A stretch of DNA of 64,000 nt from Lama guanicoe (Eukaryota), in assembly GCA_013239625.1 (NCBI GenBank), contig MU053588.1, positions 1,622,508 to 1,686,507 of the forward strand, read 5' to 3'. Positions 35,461 to 47,925 of the stretch are shown here, one piece after another. Positions within the stretch are counted from its first letter, which is position 1; each line of letters begins with the position of its first letter. The notes under the pieces were generated by a model that had not been told where the DNA came from, did not search any database, and saw only the letters and a list, made by a program, of their open reading frames with translations. Made by a program: the position numbers and the translations under genes.

Positions 35461-38400
35461 CTGTGGGAGGGGGGCAGGATCAGGAGGGGGGTTAGCTCCA
35501 CTCTGAACCACGCTGCTTCACTTGCATGTCCCACCTGTGGGCACCAAACCATGCACCCCTTCCAGTGTTTCACCCTCTACTGGGACAACAGCAGCCATTC
35601 AAGCTACAAATTCCTACCCTCACAGGACCATTGCTAAGGCCATGCCCCCTTACCTGCCTGCCCCACTCCCACTCAAGTGGACACTGAGGCCAACTCACAC
35701 CCCCCGTCTTACCCTACTGGACCAATGGATGCTCTTCTAGTTCCTCTCTTCTACATATTCCTGCCCTTTCAGGGAAACCATGATACAGACCACTCCCCCT
35801 CATCTGCATAGTCCACCTTTAGGTGTACACATCTTCCAGCTCCATCTATCTTCTAGGACAATTTCCAAGCCTCACAGCTACGTATTCCCGGCCGCTAAGT
35901 GTCCAAGGCTAAAGGCCACTTCCCTTCTGATTAACAGGTGCCTTCCAAGCCACACCCCACAATAGCCCACTGGAGATGGTTCCCCTACCGTGTCTAAGAC
36001 CATGTCCCATCTTTGCATGTCCTGCTCCCTATCCAGGTATCAGAGGCAACCACTCTATGTGCACACCCTGCCCTATACTGCCTGAAGTCAATAAGTCACG
36101 TCCCCAGGTAAGAGTCAGCCATAATTGGGGCAACTGTAGCCGAGAAAGCATGCTTCTGTCTTGCTGTGGGTCCCTGCCCTCTAATGAGCAGCAGTGTAAA
36201 GAAGTGGTTAATTAAACTGCTAAAATCTGAGAGCCACAATACCAGGGTTTGAGTTTCTCCTCTGTCACTTGCTAGCTCTGTGACCTCAAGCAAGTTTCTT
36301 AACCTCTCTGTATCTCATCTCCCCCAAGTGGGGGTATTAAGAATTCCTATACCATAGAGATGGTGTGAAGTATGAATGAATTAACATCCCCAAAGCCTGG
36401 TACTTAATAATTTCATTATTAGCTTGCATCCCACCTGATGCTGGCCAGCAACCCTTGCTGTGTGGCTCACAGTCTACCGCCAGTTGCGCTCCTCCCCATC
36501 TATAAGACCACTCCCATGAGGCCTTGCCCCTCTTCTGTTAGGCACATCCCTTCCATGTCCAGCCTCAGCTAAGCTGGGACTGCCACAGCCACATGGACTT
36601 GCATGCACTCAACCTCACAAGCTCTCCTCTCCTACAAAGCTCTCCTCTCCTACAAAGCTCTTTAGTGGGTCACCAGAGACAGGAACCACCTCCTCATCTG
36701 TGTGGGGAACAGGCAGCAGAAGCGCCACCTCCTCTGAAAGGCCACACCCCCATCTCCACAGGCCTCTTACCTCTCAGAAGCAACACCTTCCTTCCAGCCA
36801 GGCCACCTTCTGATCCTGAAGCCCACCTCAGTTCCCCCACCTCCAGAAGGCTCCCCTACCACCCAGAGCCACCCTCCCACCAAAAGACTGAGAGGGCCCC
36901 ACACTGTCATAAAGGCCCACCCACCTCTCCACGGCTCCCCCTGCCCCCTGCCTGCCATTTCACAGGTCACTGCCCCTGCCCCATCCAACCTTGGGCCTCT
37001 GGTTGTAAGTCTTCCTCTTCCTCTCATCTCCCCTCTCAAAGAGCCTTGCATTCCTCTTGCTCCTTCCTCACAAATAACCAGTTGCTAGGGACTCCCCCCT
37101 TTTCAAGGACAGAGGCTGGCTCCTTAAGAAAGCTTGAGCCCCTGTGTCTCTAATTGGCTGCAAAACCCAAGCAAGCAGCAGAGCAGGCTTCTGGTTGGAT
37201 GTCACCTCCGCCCATGGCAGCAGTGAGGAAGTTAACCCCCACAGTGCCGTAGCACAGAAATCTGCAGTGAGGGACGGAGGACTGGAACTGTGGCCCTACA
37301 GGGAAGGAAAGAGTCCCAGGGTCTGTTGCCCAGCTGGGGACAGAAGGCCATCAACATCTGCATACGTGCATGGTCCAGGGGGCCCGTGAACCTCCCTCAA
37401 CCCCACCATGTAGTGACCATGGGCTAGAGAGAGAAGGAAAAAGAGAAACAGAGAAGTGGAGAATCACAGAAACCAAGAGCTATTTACAGGAATGTATTAT
37501 CCATCTCCCCGAACCCCTGTCTGGCAAACAAGAGGTGCTTGATAAATGAGTGTTCAACATAAAAAGGGCAGATTAGGGATTAGAAGGGTAAGGGCTGGAA
37601 TCTGGCTCTGCCTCTTTCTGTGTGACCTTGAGGTAGTGACTTCCCCCAGTGAACCTCAGTTTCCCTGTCTTTAAAATGAAAGCGGGAGGATCATCGCTGC
37701 TTCACAGCACAGTTGGGAAGATTGAATGCAGTAGCATCCTTGATAGTACCTTATAAAAGGTTTTGTTCATTTGTTTGCCCTAATGTCTGTAGGACCGGGC
37801 AGTGTCTGATCTATCTCGGTAGGCCCAGGGCCCAGCATGACAGCTGGCATGCAGTGGACACTTCTTCAGTGTTTGGTGACCAGATTGGAAAAGAGAAGAA
37901 AATGAAGATGACAGAGACAAGAGAAAAGAGGCACTCACTCATTCAACCCACAGTAGGAAAGTGCCTACAGTGTGGCAGGACCATGGCAAAGAGAACACTG
38001 GGCAAGGCGAAGATGAAGGCCAAGAGGCAGGCTTCTTGGTGGAGGTCTGATCATCCCCAAGAGCTAGGGCTCCCCACTGTGGGGAAATGGCTCCACCCCC
38101 TCAGACACTCTCAGGTAGAGTCAAACAGGATTAAGCATTCAGCAGGCACTCTACCATGTGAACAAGGGAAGCAGAGCCAGGAAGAAGGAGAGACTTCCAC
38201 AGAGCCCACAAACACCTATCAACGGCCCACTGTGCCAAAAACTCAAAAACTACCAAGACAGAGCAACACTGCAAGGCCAAGGCAGTACTTCATCGTGTTC
38301 TACCTGCCTCCGCAGTCTGGGCTCTGAGCTCCCTGAGGGCAGGGTCTGGTCTCTGCGTCTCTCTGTGCCTCCAGCACCCAGCTCAGGGCTTAGCACAGAG

Positions 38401-40440
38401 CAGGGGCTTAGTGCCTCATGAGAGCAGTTGGGAGAGAAGGTACAGACAGAAGGACAGAGACAGAGCTGAAAGCAAGAGAATAACAGAGGTGATGGGAGAA
38501 AGTAACTCTTTAATGTCTGTCTACATCATCCAATGACTTCTAACCCAATGGATGGTGGAAATAACTTAGATTTATGTACTTTTCTCATACTTTTCTATTT
38601 CTATAATGTACCCAACGTGATGGTACAGTAAGTAGCACTAGTATATAATTTCGAAATATAAATGTAACTATAAATATATATGTGTGTGAGTATATTTCAT
38701 GCTCCAGAATGTTCAGCTGACAAGGCACACAAGCAAACCCCTTTGGCGAGCAAGGATGCAGACAGTGAGCCCCATGAGAGCAGGGATCGTGCTGTGCGCA
38801 TTCACTGCTGTAAGTCCAGTGCCCAGCCCTGGTCTGGCTTGTGTGGGTGCTCAGCGAAGATTTGCAAACTGCATGAAAAACAAAGACAGACAGAAGTAGG
38901 AGATAGGGCAAATGAGAGCTGGAGACAACTCTGTGTGCCCACCTAGAACCTCAGCTGAGCAAGACCTAGGAAGTGGGCAGATGGGAGGGAGGGCCCCTGG
39001 GGTTGAGGGGAGGTCCTGAGGCTGCAACACCCACCTGTAGACAAGGGAGTCATCTGCAGAGCTGTTGTACTGGACCTGGTACATGCGGATGCCTGGCACA
39101 GGCCTCTGGGCTGGCCAGCGGATGAGCACAGAGTTGGAGGTGAGCTCCGCCGCCACTAGCCGGCGCTCAGCCGCCGATTCGTTGGCACCAGGTCGGCCGG
39201 GTGTGGCGATGTCTGAGGAACCAGGCTCAGTGAGAGGTGGCGGGGCGGCAGGTGGGGGCGCCATCAGAGGCAGCGGCACCACGCACACCTCTACCGGTGC
39301 CGTGGCTTCCCCGGCGGCATTGGAGGCGATGCAAGTGAAGGTGCCACTGTCCCGCAAAGTGGTGATGGTTACATCCAGCGTCCCATCCCCCCGGACCCGG
39401 GTCCGGCTCGAGTTCCCCAGCAACCGCCCATCAGGGGCCACCCAGTGCACCACTGGCTCGGGGTCACCCACAGCGCGGCACCGCAGGCTGACCGCCTGGC
39501 CCTCCACCACCAGGGCCCGGCCACCTGCCTGCCGTGTGATTAACGGAGGTTCACACAGAAATTCCTCCTCGGGGATGGACCAGAAGTAGCGGTCGGTGAG
39601 GTGCTCAGGAGTGGCGCATGTCTCCAGGTCGTCCTCTCTTGTCAACCGCCGCAGCCAGAGCAGCTCGCAGTTGCAATGCAAGGGGTTGCCGCCGAAGCTG
39701 ACCGTGAGGGGCGTGGGCGGCTTTGGCCCGGGACCTTGGGACCTCAGGAAGAGCCCGTCGGGGGGCAGTTTATGCAGACGGTTGGAGGTCATGTCCAGGC
39801 GAACCAGTTTGTGAAGCTGCACAAAGGTGCCTTCGGCTATGTGGTCGATGAGGTTGTGGTCCAGCGTGAGCGTGTTCAGGTTCACCATCTGGCCTACCGC
39901 CTCCCACGGTAGGGCCTCCAGATTGTTGTAAGACAGATCCAGATCCTCCACGGTGGACAGGAAGGCGTCGAAGGCGGCCGACTCCACCCGGCGGATCTGG
40001 TTGTTGCCGAGGATCAGGTGGCGGAGGTTGCCCAAGCCGCGGAGCTGGTCGCCTCGGACCTCCGCCAGGCGGTTGCTGTCTAGGTGCAGGGCGCGGAGGG
40101 CGCGGAGGTCCGCAAAGGCGCCGGCCGCCACTTGGCCGATGGTGTTTCGGGAGAGGGTGAGGTGCACCAGGCTGGTCATGTTGGCGAAGTCTCGGCGGCG
40201 GACGGCGGCGATGAAGTTGTCAGTGAGCCGCAGCTCCACCACGCGCCGGTCGATAGCAGGAGGCACAAAGAGCAGGCCAGTCTTGGCGCACAGCATGGTC
40301 AGCGTGGGCGCCACGTTCTGGCAGATGCAGCGGCCCGGGCAGGGCTGGCCTCGAGATGCCCCCGCCCAGAGGAGCAGCAGAAAGGGCAGGGCAGCAGGCG
40401 GCAGCGAGAAAAGCGCCGAGGAGAAGGGGCCTGGAGCCAT
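34560..40440 (-). CDS. LRFN1: Leucine-rich repeat and fibronectin type III domain-containing protein 1 (SALM2); coding exons 40440-39035 and 35460-34560; 768 aa
   Basis: Signal peptide, LRRNT ([10 protein letters not shown]), LRRs, LRRCT ([12 protein letters not shown]), Ig, FN3, TM ([23 protein letters not shown]) and C-terminal PDZ ligand ESTV. Phase-2 intron AG|gtggg...cag|G; 1406+901=2307 nt. Confidence 0.97.
36618..36661 (+). repeat. 18-bp tandem repeat (aagctctcctctcctaca), about 2.4 copies
   Basis: Direct observation. Confidence 0.8.
39035..40440 (-). CDS. LRFN1: LRFN1 first coding exon (acceptor at 40477)
   Basis: MAPGPFSS...DDSLVY(R); ttgcag acceptor 37 nt before the ATG. Confidence 0.95.
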
Positions 40441-41560
40441 GGTGCAGGCGGAAGGCAGGAGGAGTGGGAGGTGAGATCTGCAAGGGAAGATTAGTTATCC
40501 AGGCAGAAGGCTTTCCCACCAGCCTGGTCACCCTGGGATGTCCTGCTAGGAGTCTGACCCAGATCCCACCCTTCCTGACAACCAGGTCCTGTGGAACAGT
40601 GACAAGCTTGATCATCAGCTAACATGCACTGGTTAATAGATGACAGCATTTCCATGCTGGTTGGTAAATTACCACTGCCCCACCTCTGAGGGTCCTACCC
40701 CCACCCTGCCCCTCTGGGAGCTCCCAGACCTCTCATAGTCTCCCAACCAGAGGGATGACATCTGGCCCAGCCTGGGCCTTTTAGGACCCACTAAATATTC
40801 TGAAAAGTCACTGCTGACAAGGGTTTAAAGTCATGGATTTCAAAGCCATACCACCTGGGTTCAAATTCCAGCTCTGACACTTACTAGCTGTGTGACCTCG
40901 GGCAAGTGTCTGAACCTCTCTGAATCTCGGTTTCTTCATCTGTAAAATGGAGATAAAAACAGGCCTTACTTCTGTGGGGATGAAATGGATGAATGGGCAT
41001 GGTGTACTCAGAACAGTGCCTGGCACATAAAATGTGTTCAATACATGTTAGTATGTCATTATTATCATCATCATTGAGTGTCCGACATATGACAGGCATA
41101 GAAATGTGCACTATTATTAAGAACAAGGGCTTTGAAATCAAACAGACTCAGGTTCAAGTCCTGCCTCCCCCAACTTGCTAGCTCTGTGACCTCAAACCAA
41201 TGATTTCCCCTAACTAGGCCATAATTTCCTGATTTTTAAAATGGTATGATAATTGTACCATCTTCATTGGGTTGTTGCAAGGGTTCAGTGAACTCATTCA
41301 TGGGGGTCACTGAGCATAGGGCCTAGCACACAGTAAGCATTCAATAAATGTTAAGGGTAACACCCCTCCACCTTTGGCAGTGGCAGAGGGGGTCTGAGGG
41401 TGGGAGGGGCTGAGGAAAACACATCAGTCTCCCTGCTCAGTCTTGGGAAGTCCTTCTCTGAGCCTGGTTTCATCCTGGGCTCTGCTGAGCTCTCAAGCAG
41501 GGGGCAGAATTTTGTGTTCAGATTAATGGGCACACACAAGGCCCCATATATGCCTACACA

Positions 41561-41601
<41 letters not shown>

Positions 41602-41894
41602 GCTATGCCTCTGCTCTAGGCAAAACCTTCCGGCAGGGATTCCCCCTGCAGCAGCTGCAGCCCACGACGTGTCAGCTCACATCACAACACGGGGTGGGTG
41701 GGGGGTGAAGAGGAAAGGATGGGAAGGGGGCGTCCCTGAAACTGTTTTCACCCCACCCCACGCCCCAGTCCCTGCTGGCCCACCTCCCAGGAATCTGCAG
41801 TTTAGCGCTGTGGCCTGATGTGGCCCTGATCCTTCAGCCCATGGGAAGGGGGACTGTGGACACAGAAGGAGGGACCAAGAGAGTCAGAGAGAAG

Positions 41895-41978
41895 TGGGTG
41901 GGTATAGCTTAGTGGTAAAGTGCATGCTTAGCATGCACGAGGTTCTGGGTTCAATCCCCAGCACCACCAAAGAAAAAC
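41895..41978 (+). mobile_element. Camelid Vic-1-like SINE
   Basis: 'gggtatagcttagtggtaaagtgcatgcttagcatgcacgagg..gggttcaatcccc'. Confidence 0.8.
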
Positions 41979-43222
41979 TTTTTTTAAAGAGAGAGTTGGA
42001 GAGAGGTGAAGAGACAGGGAGGGAGAGATAGACCGGCAGAAACACATACAGATTCAGAGAGAGACAGACAAAAAGAAAGAATCTGAAAGAAAGAGGAAGA
42101 GATAGGGAGCAAAATAGAGAGACAGAAAAACTGAGTGGAGGAGACACACAGAAAAGAGAGATGGAGACAGTTGGAGAGGGGGAGAGATAGGAAGAGAGAA
42201 TATGTGTGCTAGAGACAGACAAAGACAGAGGAAGAAAGAGAGAGAGAGATTGAATGGAGACAGTGATGGGTCTTGAAGAGAGAAAAAGAGGCAGGGTCAG
42301 GGCATCCCACCATCTCTGAGGCCCCTCGCTCACTTGTCTTGCACTCCCTCTGGGGCACTGGTCTATCTGGGACAGAAAACCCTGGCCTGGGAAGTGACGC
42401 TCCTGAGTTAGGAGGCCCAGCTCTGCACCTGCTTGGCTGTAGGGTCTCCAGACTGTGATCTATGAAACAGGAAGTCCAGAGCCCCGCCTCCCACAGCTGG
42501 GGTGAGACTCAAGTTAAAATAGTAACAATAACAGTGAAAATATATTGTGGGACAGAATCTGGACCCCACTGCTCAGGTTCACACCCCACTTCCCTGCTGC
42601 ATGACTTCAGTCAGGTAACTTCCTCTCTTTGTGCCTCAGTGTGTTCATCTGTGAAATGGGGATGATAACACCTACCTCATGGGGGTACTGTGAGCATTAA
42701 ATGAGATAATACAGGGACATGTTTAGAGTAATGCTGACAGAGTAAACACTGCATAAATGTTAGCTGCTATTAGCATTAAATTATCATTTTTTCTGGCTCT
42801 CTCTCAGCCATTAGGAGGTCCGACTATCAGGAAATTTTCCCACACACATACACACCCAAAATGGTAAACCACATCCATGCCACTCTCCAGATACAGAGTC
42901 ACTTCATGTCAGGAAACTATCTTACATCTTTACTGATAGAAGGAAACTTCCCTTTCCCAACCACCTTACCAGCCCGAAAGGGGGTGCCTTGAGGGCTGAG
43001 ACCCCAACCTACCACCCATGCCCAGGCTTCATGAACCCTTCCTCAGACATGATGCTCCTGACCTTGTCACCAACCCCTCAGCCTGGGGGGCACCTGGCCC
43101 CTCAGGACACTGCCATACCCTCCACTGAAATCCATGTAAGACAGGGCTCCAGGCCTCCGGCAGGCTCAGAACAAGCCCAGTCACTCCACATCCCTCTCCC
43201 CAGCCTGAGGGGCCCCACTCAC

Positions 43223-43255
43223 CTCTCTTCAGGGAGTCAGGGCCTGGGCCAGAAC
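43223..43255 (-). other. LRFN1: Candidate 33-nt non-coding 5' UTR exon of LRFN1
   Basis: Minus strand tttgttcctttgcag|GTTCTGG...GAAGAGAG|gtgagt: strong acceptor and donor. Confidence 0.45.
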
Positions 43256-45229
43256 CTGCAAAGGAACAAAACCACACTGTTAGCATCCTTCTGGCTCCTC
43301 TCTAGAGACCTGCCTCAGAGACCATCTCAGCCAAGGAAGTCCCTGGTGTGATCACTCTCTCAACCCTGCTGCTTCAGGTTCTGCATAGTCTCAGGTGGAC
43401 CCAGGAAGTCACCTCTGGAAACGGAGGTGTCTGGGCCTCAAGATGGTTCACCCTCCAAAACCCAAGAGTCCAGGACTTTAGTCCTTTGTCCTCTGGGGGT
43501 TTAAGAAGCCAAGAACCTCACCCTCCTCCTCCCTCAGACTCAGGATTCCACTTCTCAGTTCCTTCCTCTCTCAAGAACCAGGAATCCAGCCCCCCAGCCT
43601 TCTCCTTCAAACCCAGGATTCTTGGCTCCCAGCCTCCTCCTTCCAGAATCCACATCCCAGACCGCCAACTTCAAAGACCTGAACAGTACCAAGAGCTGGA
43701 GGAGGACCAGAGGTTCCCATCTTCACCATCACACCACTGTCACACCCACATGTGTGGACATGCCAAAACCCACATGGGCCCACAGCCTACGACTCCATAT
43801 CTGGATTTCCATGGACACAGCGGTATGATCTGTATGCCCTGCCCCTCCATGAGCTCTTGACCCAGGATGTGGACACACTTGTGTCTATAGAACCCCAGTA
43901 TACCACAGGTCACACCACATAGGCCCCCATCTCACTGGGCCTAGAAGTGGGGTCAGCCTTGCACCAGGGACACAGGCATATGTGTGCAAATCACCCTGCC
44001 CACATATATTTGAACTTACACAACACCACTCCCCAAAGACCAACACTGATGCAGAAATGAACTCACAACACAGACACATACTCTCAAGGTTGACACACCT
44101 GCACACAACCACACATACAACACTGCCTTTTCCCTTGCACACTCACACACATACACACAACAGCGAAATCCATGTGCCCCCTTGCAGACAACCAGGTGCA
44201 TGCACCTATAACACATCTACTCTTGCACATTCACCAATACACACAGGCACACACACATAACAGATACTCACTCGCACAAAGATATACAGGTGCATGCTCT
44301 TAAATGCCCAACACACTCACACAACTTCACATATCCCCATGATGCATGGTCACAAAGCTGATACATTCCTACACCAACAGATGTACAAATGTACACACTA
44401 GCGGATACACACTCACACACATACACAGAACCACAATGTGCACAGACATTTACAAGGCTGATACACACTCAGATACACAGGTACAAAAAGACCTACCTTT
44501 GCACAGACACTCAGAGATGTTCACTCATAGCAGACACATGCTCACACAACAGCCCTGTAAGGGATTTACACATTTACAAATACACACAAAATATTGAACC
44601 ACAGTGGCACAGTCAACAGACAGGGACAGAATCACACTCACATACAGTCATGGATACACATCCCTCCCAGCCCTGAGGCACCCCCGCCCCACCTACTTCC
44701 CAGGCCAAAGAAATCCTAACATCCCTCCCTTCCTCCCAACTCAGCCCCTTCCCCAGCCAGGTCAGAGTTCAGCAGGTCGAATCTCAGAAGCTTGGGGGCT
44801 TGAGTCCTAGAGCACCGGTCCTCTCACCAGCAACCCAAAGGTCCCCCAGCCTGGCCATCTGGATGCAGGCAACTCCGGCCCCATCTGCAGAGATCTGGCC
44901 AGTGGGGGATTGGGGTGGGGTGGGTGGGGAAGGGCCCGAAGGGCCGTGTCTGCGTCCCTTCCCTCGGGCCCATCTGTCCATCCCTCGGCCTCTCATCCCT
45001 CCATCTGTCCACCTACCGGCTGCCCATCCCCCCCCACCCAGCCACCAGGAAGGGGAAGACATGGCCGTCTCCCCCAAGGACCGCCAAGGACCCCCCCAGC
45101 TGACATGGACCGAGGGAGCAGCAAACTCCTTTCCCCCAAACCCACACAGAGGCCTGGCCACACAAGGTACTGAGCCCCAGCCCCCGGCTGGTAACCTGAC
45201 ATGGACGCACAGACACACACCCTCGGAGA

Positions 45230-45243
45230 CACACAACCCGCGC

Positions 45244-45279
<36 letters not shown>

Positions 45280-46060
45280 ATACACACACACACACACAAA
45301 TGGACACTCGAGCGGGCACGCCCGGCTACACAGACCCTCGGATGGACATCCAACCCGGACACAAACACTCAACGCAGCCAGTCGCGCGCACACACTCGCT
45401 GGGGGGGGGGACCCACACCTGGGCACACAACCCACGCACACACACCTGCACGCAACCCCTCCGATGACTGGCTGGGGGGGGCACCCACACCTGGGCACAC
45501 AACCCACGCACACACACCTGCACGCAACCCCTCCGATGGGCGCGCGACAGCCCCCTAGACACACAGCCGGAGGGGCAGCCGCTCGGGGGGACACACACGC
45601 ATGGCCGGACACAGCACCTCGGCTCGACACCCGGCACACACCCGGATGGCTACACAAGCAGAGCGCCGCACACGCCGGCGCCGGGCACACACAGGGCCGC
45701 GCGAGCGCACGCCGGGCCCGCCGCAGCGCCGCGGACACACACACACGCTCGCACGCTCACACCCGCGCTCACACCGGCGCCCCCGCCCGCCGCCTCCCCG
45801 GCCGCTGCGGGCCGCGCTCACCCAGCCCGGGGGGGGCCCCGGGCCCGGCACCGCCGCCGCCACCGCCGCAAGGGGGGAGGGGGCTCCCACCGGAGTGGCC
45901 GGGCGGGACGGCCACGCGCCCCCGACCCCTGCCCTGGGGCCAACCGCAGACCCCTCTCCACTGCGGAGCCGCAGGCCCGCCCCCAACCCCTCCCCAGTCC
46001 CACCTCCAGCCCAGCCGGCTTCCCCGGAGACCGCCAGACCACGCCCCGACTGGCATGGGG
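45230..46060 (-). promoter_or_regulatory. LRFN1: CpG island; probable LRFN1 promoter or non-coding exon (donor gtgag at 45821-45817)
   Basis: Very GC- and CpG-rich, GC boxes, candidate donor CTGG|gtgagc on the minus strand. Confidence 0.65.
45398..45538 (+). repeat. About 72-bp tandem duplication in the LRFN1 5' region
   Basis: 'acccacacctgggcacacaacccacgcacacacacctgcacgcaacccctccgatg' identical at 45411 and 45483. Confidence 0.9.
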
Positions 46061-46675
46061 ACCCTCGAACCCCCAGTGGATCATGTCCCGACCCCCAGGG
46101 GGACTCCAGACCATGCCTTACCTCCTTGGAGGACCCAGACCATGTTTCACAGCCACCCAGGACCACAAACCATGTCCTGCTCTCCTTGGTGACCTCAGAC
46201 TCTGCCCCACACCCATCAGGGATCCTAGACAGTACTCCCAAATCTAGGGGGACCCCAGATCATAACCCAGCATCCAAGGGGACGCAGAGCATTCCCATCA
46301 GAGACCCTAAATCATACCCAACATTCAGGTGGACCCAGACCACACACCATCCTGCACGGACCTCAGATCATACCCCAACATCCAGAGAAGACCTGGACCA
46401 TATGTCAACATCCAAGGAGATCCCAGATCATGCCTTACTCCCTTTGGGGACCCAAATAGATAATGTTCTACAGCCACTCAGGACCACAAACCATATCCCA
46501 CTCCTTCCTGGGGACCCTCTATGTCCTTCTACCCTCTAGGACCACAAACCATTCCCTGAGTCCCAATAGGGACTCCAAATCATGTCCAACTTCTCTGAGG
46601 CCCAAATATGTCCCTTATCATCATGGAAGACCCTAAACTTTCCTGATTACCCCCATTAGAACCCAGACCATCCTC
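46055..46675 (+). repeat. Degenerate minisatellite, about 30-32-bp period (core ggaccccagaccatgtcc)
   Basis: Recurrent gacc(c/t)cagacca(t/c)-like core at roughly regular spacing. Confidence 0.6.
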
Positions 46676-47796
46676 CCCTCCAAGGCACCCCTTGGTTTCC
46701 TGAACACCCACTTTGCCTTAGGTTCTTAATCATCCTCCCCACCAGTGTTGCCCCATGAGGACCCTGTCTTCTCCCTGTTCCTGTTCTCTCTCTTGGACCC
46801 TGCAGGATCTTATCCCTCCTTGTTACTTCTGTGGAGGCCAGGATTTCTTGTTCCTTCCTTATTCAGACCCCTTTACCCAACTCCTACTGAATATCGGTCC
46901 CCCAACTCCTCCCCAATCTGACTGAGTATCTCAGGCCTCCCTCCACCTCTTTTTGAAATATCCACTGTCCCCTAAACCCAGCAAGTCCTCCCCTCAGAAT
47001 TTGTCTTTTTGCAATCCCACAGGTCCCTGGCAGCCCAAACCCCTCCCATTTTGGATCCCACTGTGTTGAGGTCTTCTCCCATACCCCTTCCCTAAATTCT
47101 TCCTAGCCATGTCATCACATGAAGCCTGCCCCCCCCCCGATCAAGGGCACCTCTGCAGAACTTCCCTCTGGTGAACCACTCACAACCATTAGATACCCCC
47201 TGGGACACTCACAGTCCCACCCCCACAGTCTCCATATTTCGCCATCACCACCACCATCCAGGCAACATCCTCACCTCTCACCCTGGATCCTGGTGCTCCC
47301 TGCTGGGAGGCGGAGGTCCAGGGCTGGGAGGACCAATGTGGGAGAATAATAACAACAGCAGCAGAAGTGGGTCAGTGCCAGCACTACTAGGTACTAGGAA
47401 TGGATCTAAGGGCTTCACAGATAGGACTTCATTCACTCTTCACAGCTACCAGATAGGGAGGTCTCTTTACTATCCCCATTTTACAGATGAAGACACTTGA
47501 GCCACAGAAAGGTTTAGTCACCTGCCTAAGGTCACTCAGATAGTAAATAGCAGAACAGGGTGGAGGTGAAGGGGACAGAGGGTGAGAGCAGGTCTGGGAT
47601 GGATTGGAGTGGAAAAGAGCAGGGTGAAGAGATAATAATAAGAGAGACAGAGGTACACAGAGGCAGAAAAACAAAAAGCCCGAGCCCAGGCAGAGTCAGC
47701 CTCGCTCCCAGAGTGCATCCAGCCCTGTGAGCTCTGGCCCCTGCCCACCTCTTGACCTCATCCCCAACTGTGCTGGTCTTCCAGCCTCAATAATGA

Positions 47797-47925
47797 CTTT
47801 TTTAACCTTTTTTTCGGGGGGTAGTTAGGTTTATTTATTTATTTTTAGAGGAGGTACTGGGGATTGAACCCATGACCTTGTGCCTGCTAAGCATGCACTA
47901 TACCATTTGAGATATACCCTCCCCC
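47797..47925 (-). mobile_element. Camelid Vic-1-like SINE
   Basis: SINE head on the minus strand; TSD aataatgactttt on both sides. Confidence 0.85.

Noticed and set aside
37713..38327. 204-aa ORF in the LRFN1 intron, opposite strand
   Set aside because: Begins in MIR/L2-derived sequence with a non-ATG start and has no recognisable homology.
39065..40622. Plus-strand ORFs antisense to the LRFN1 coding exon
   Set aside because: Antisense shadows of a GC3-rich CDS.
44784..46539. Cluster of 100-312-aa ORFs
   Set aside because: Products of the CpG island, CA repeats and minisatellite; low-complexity composition.
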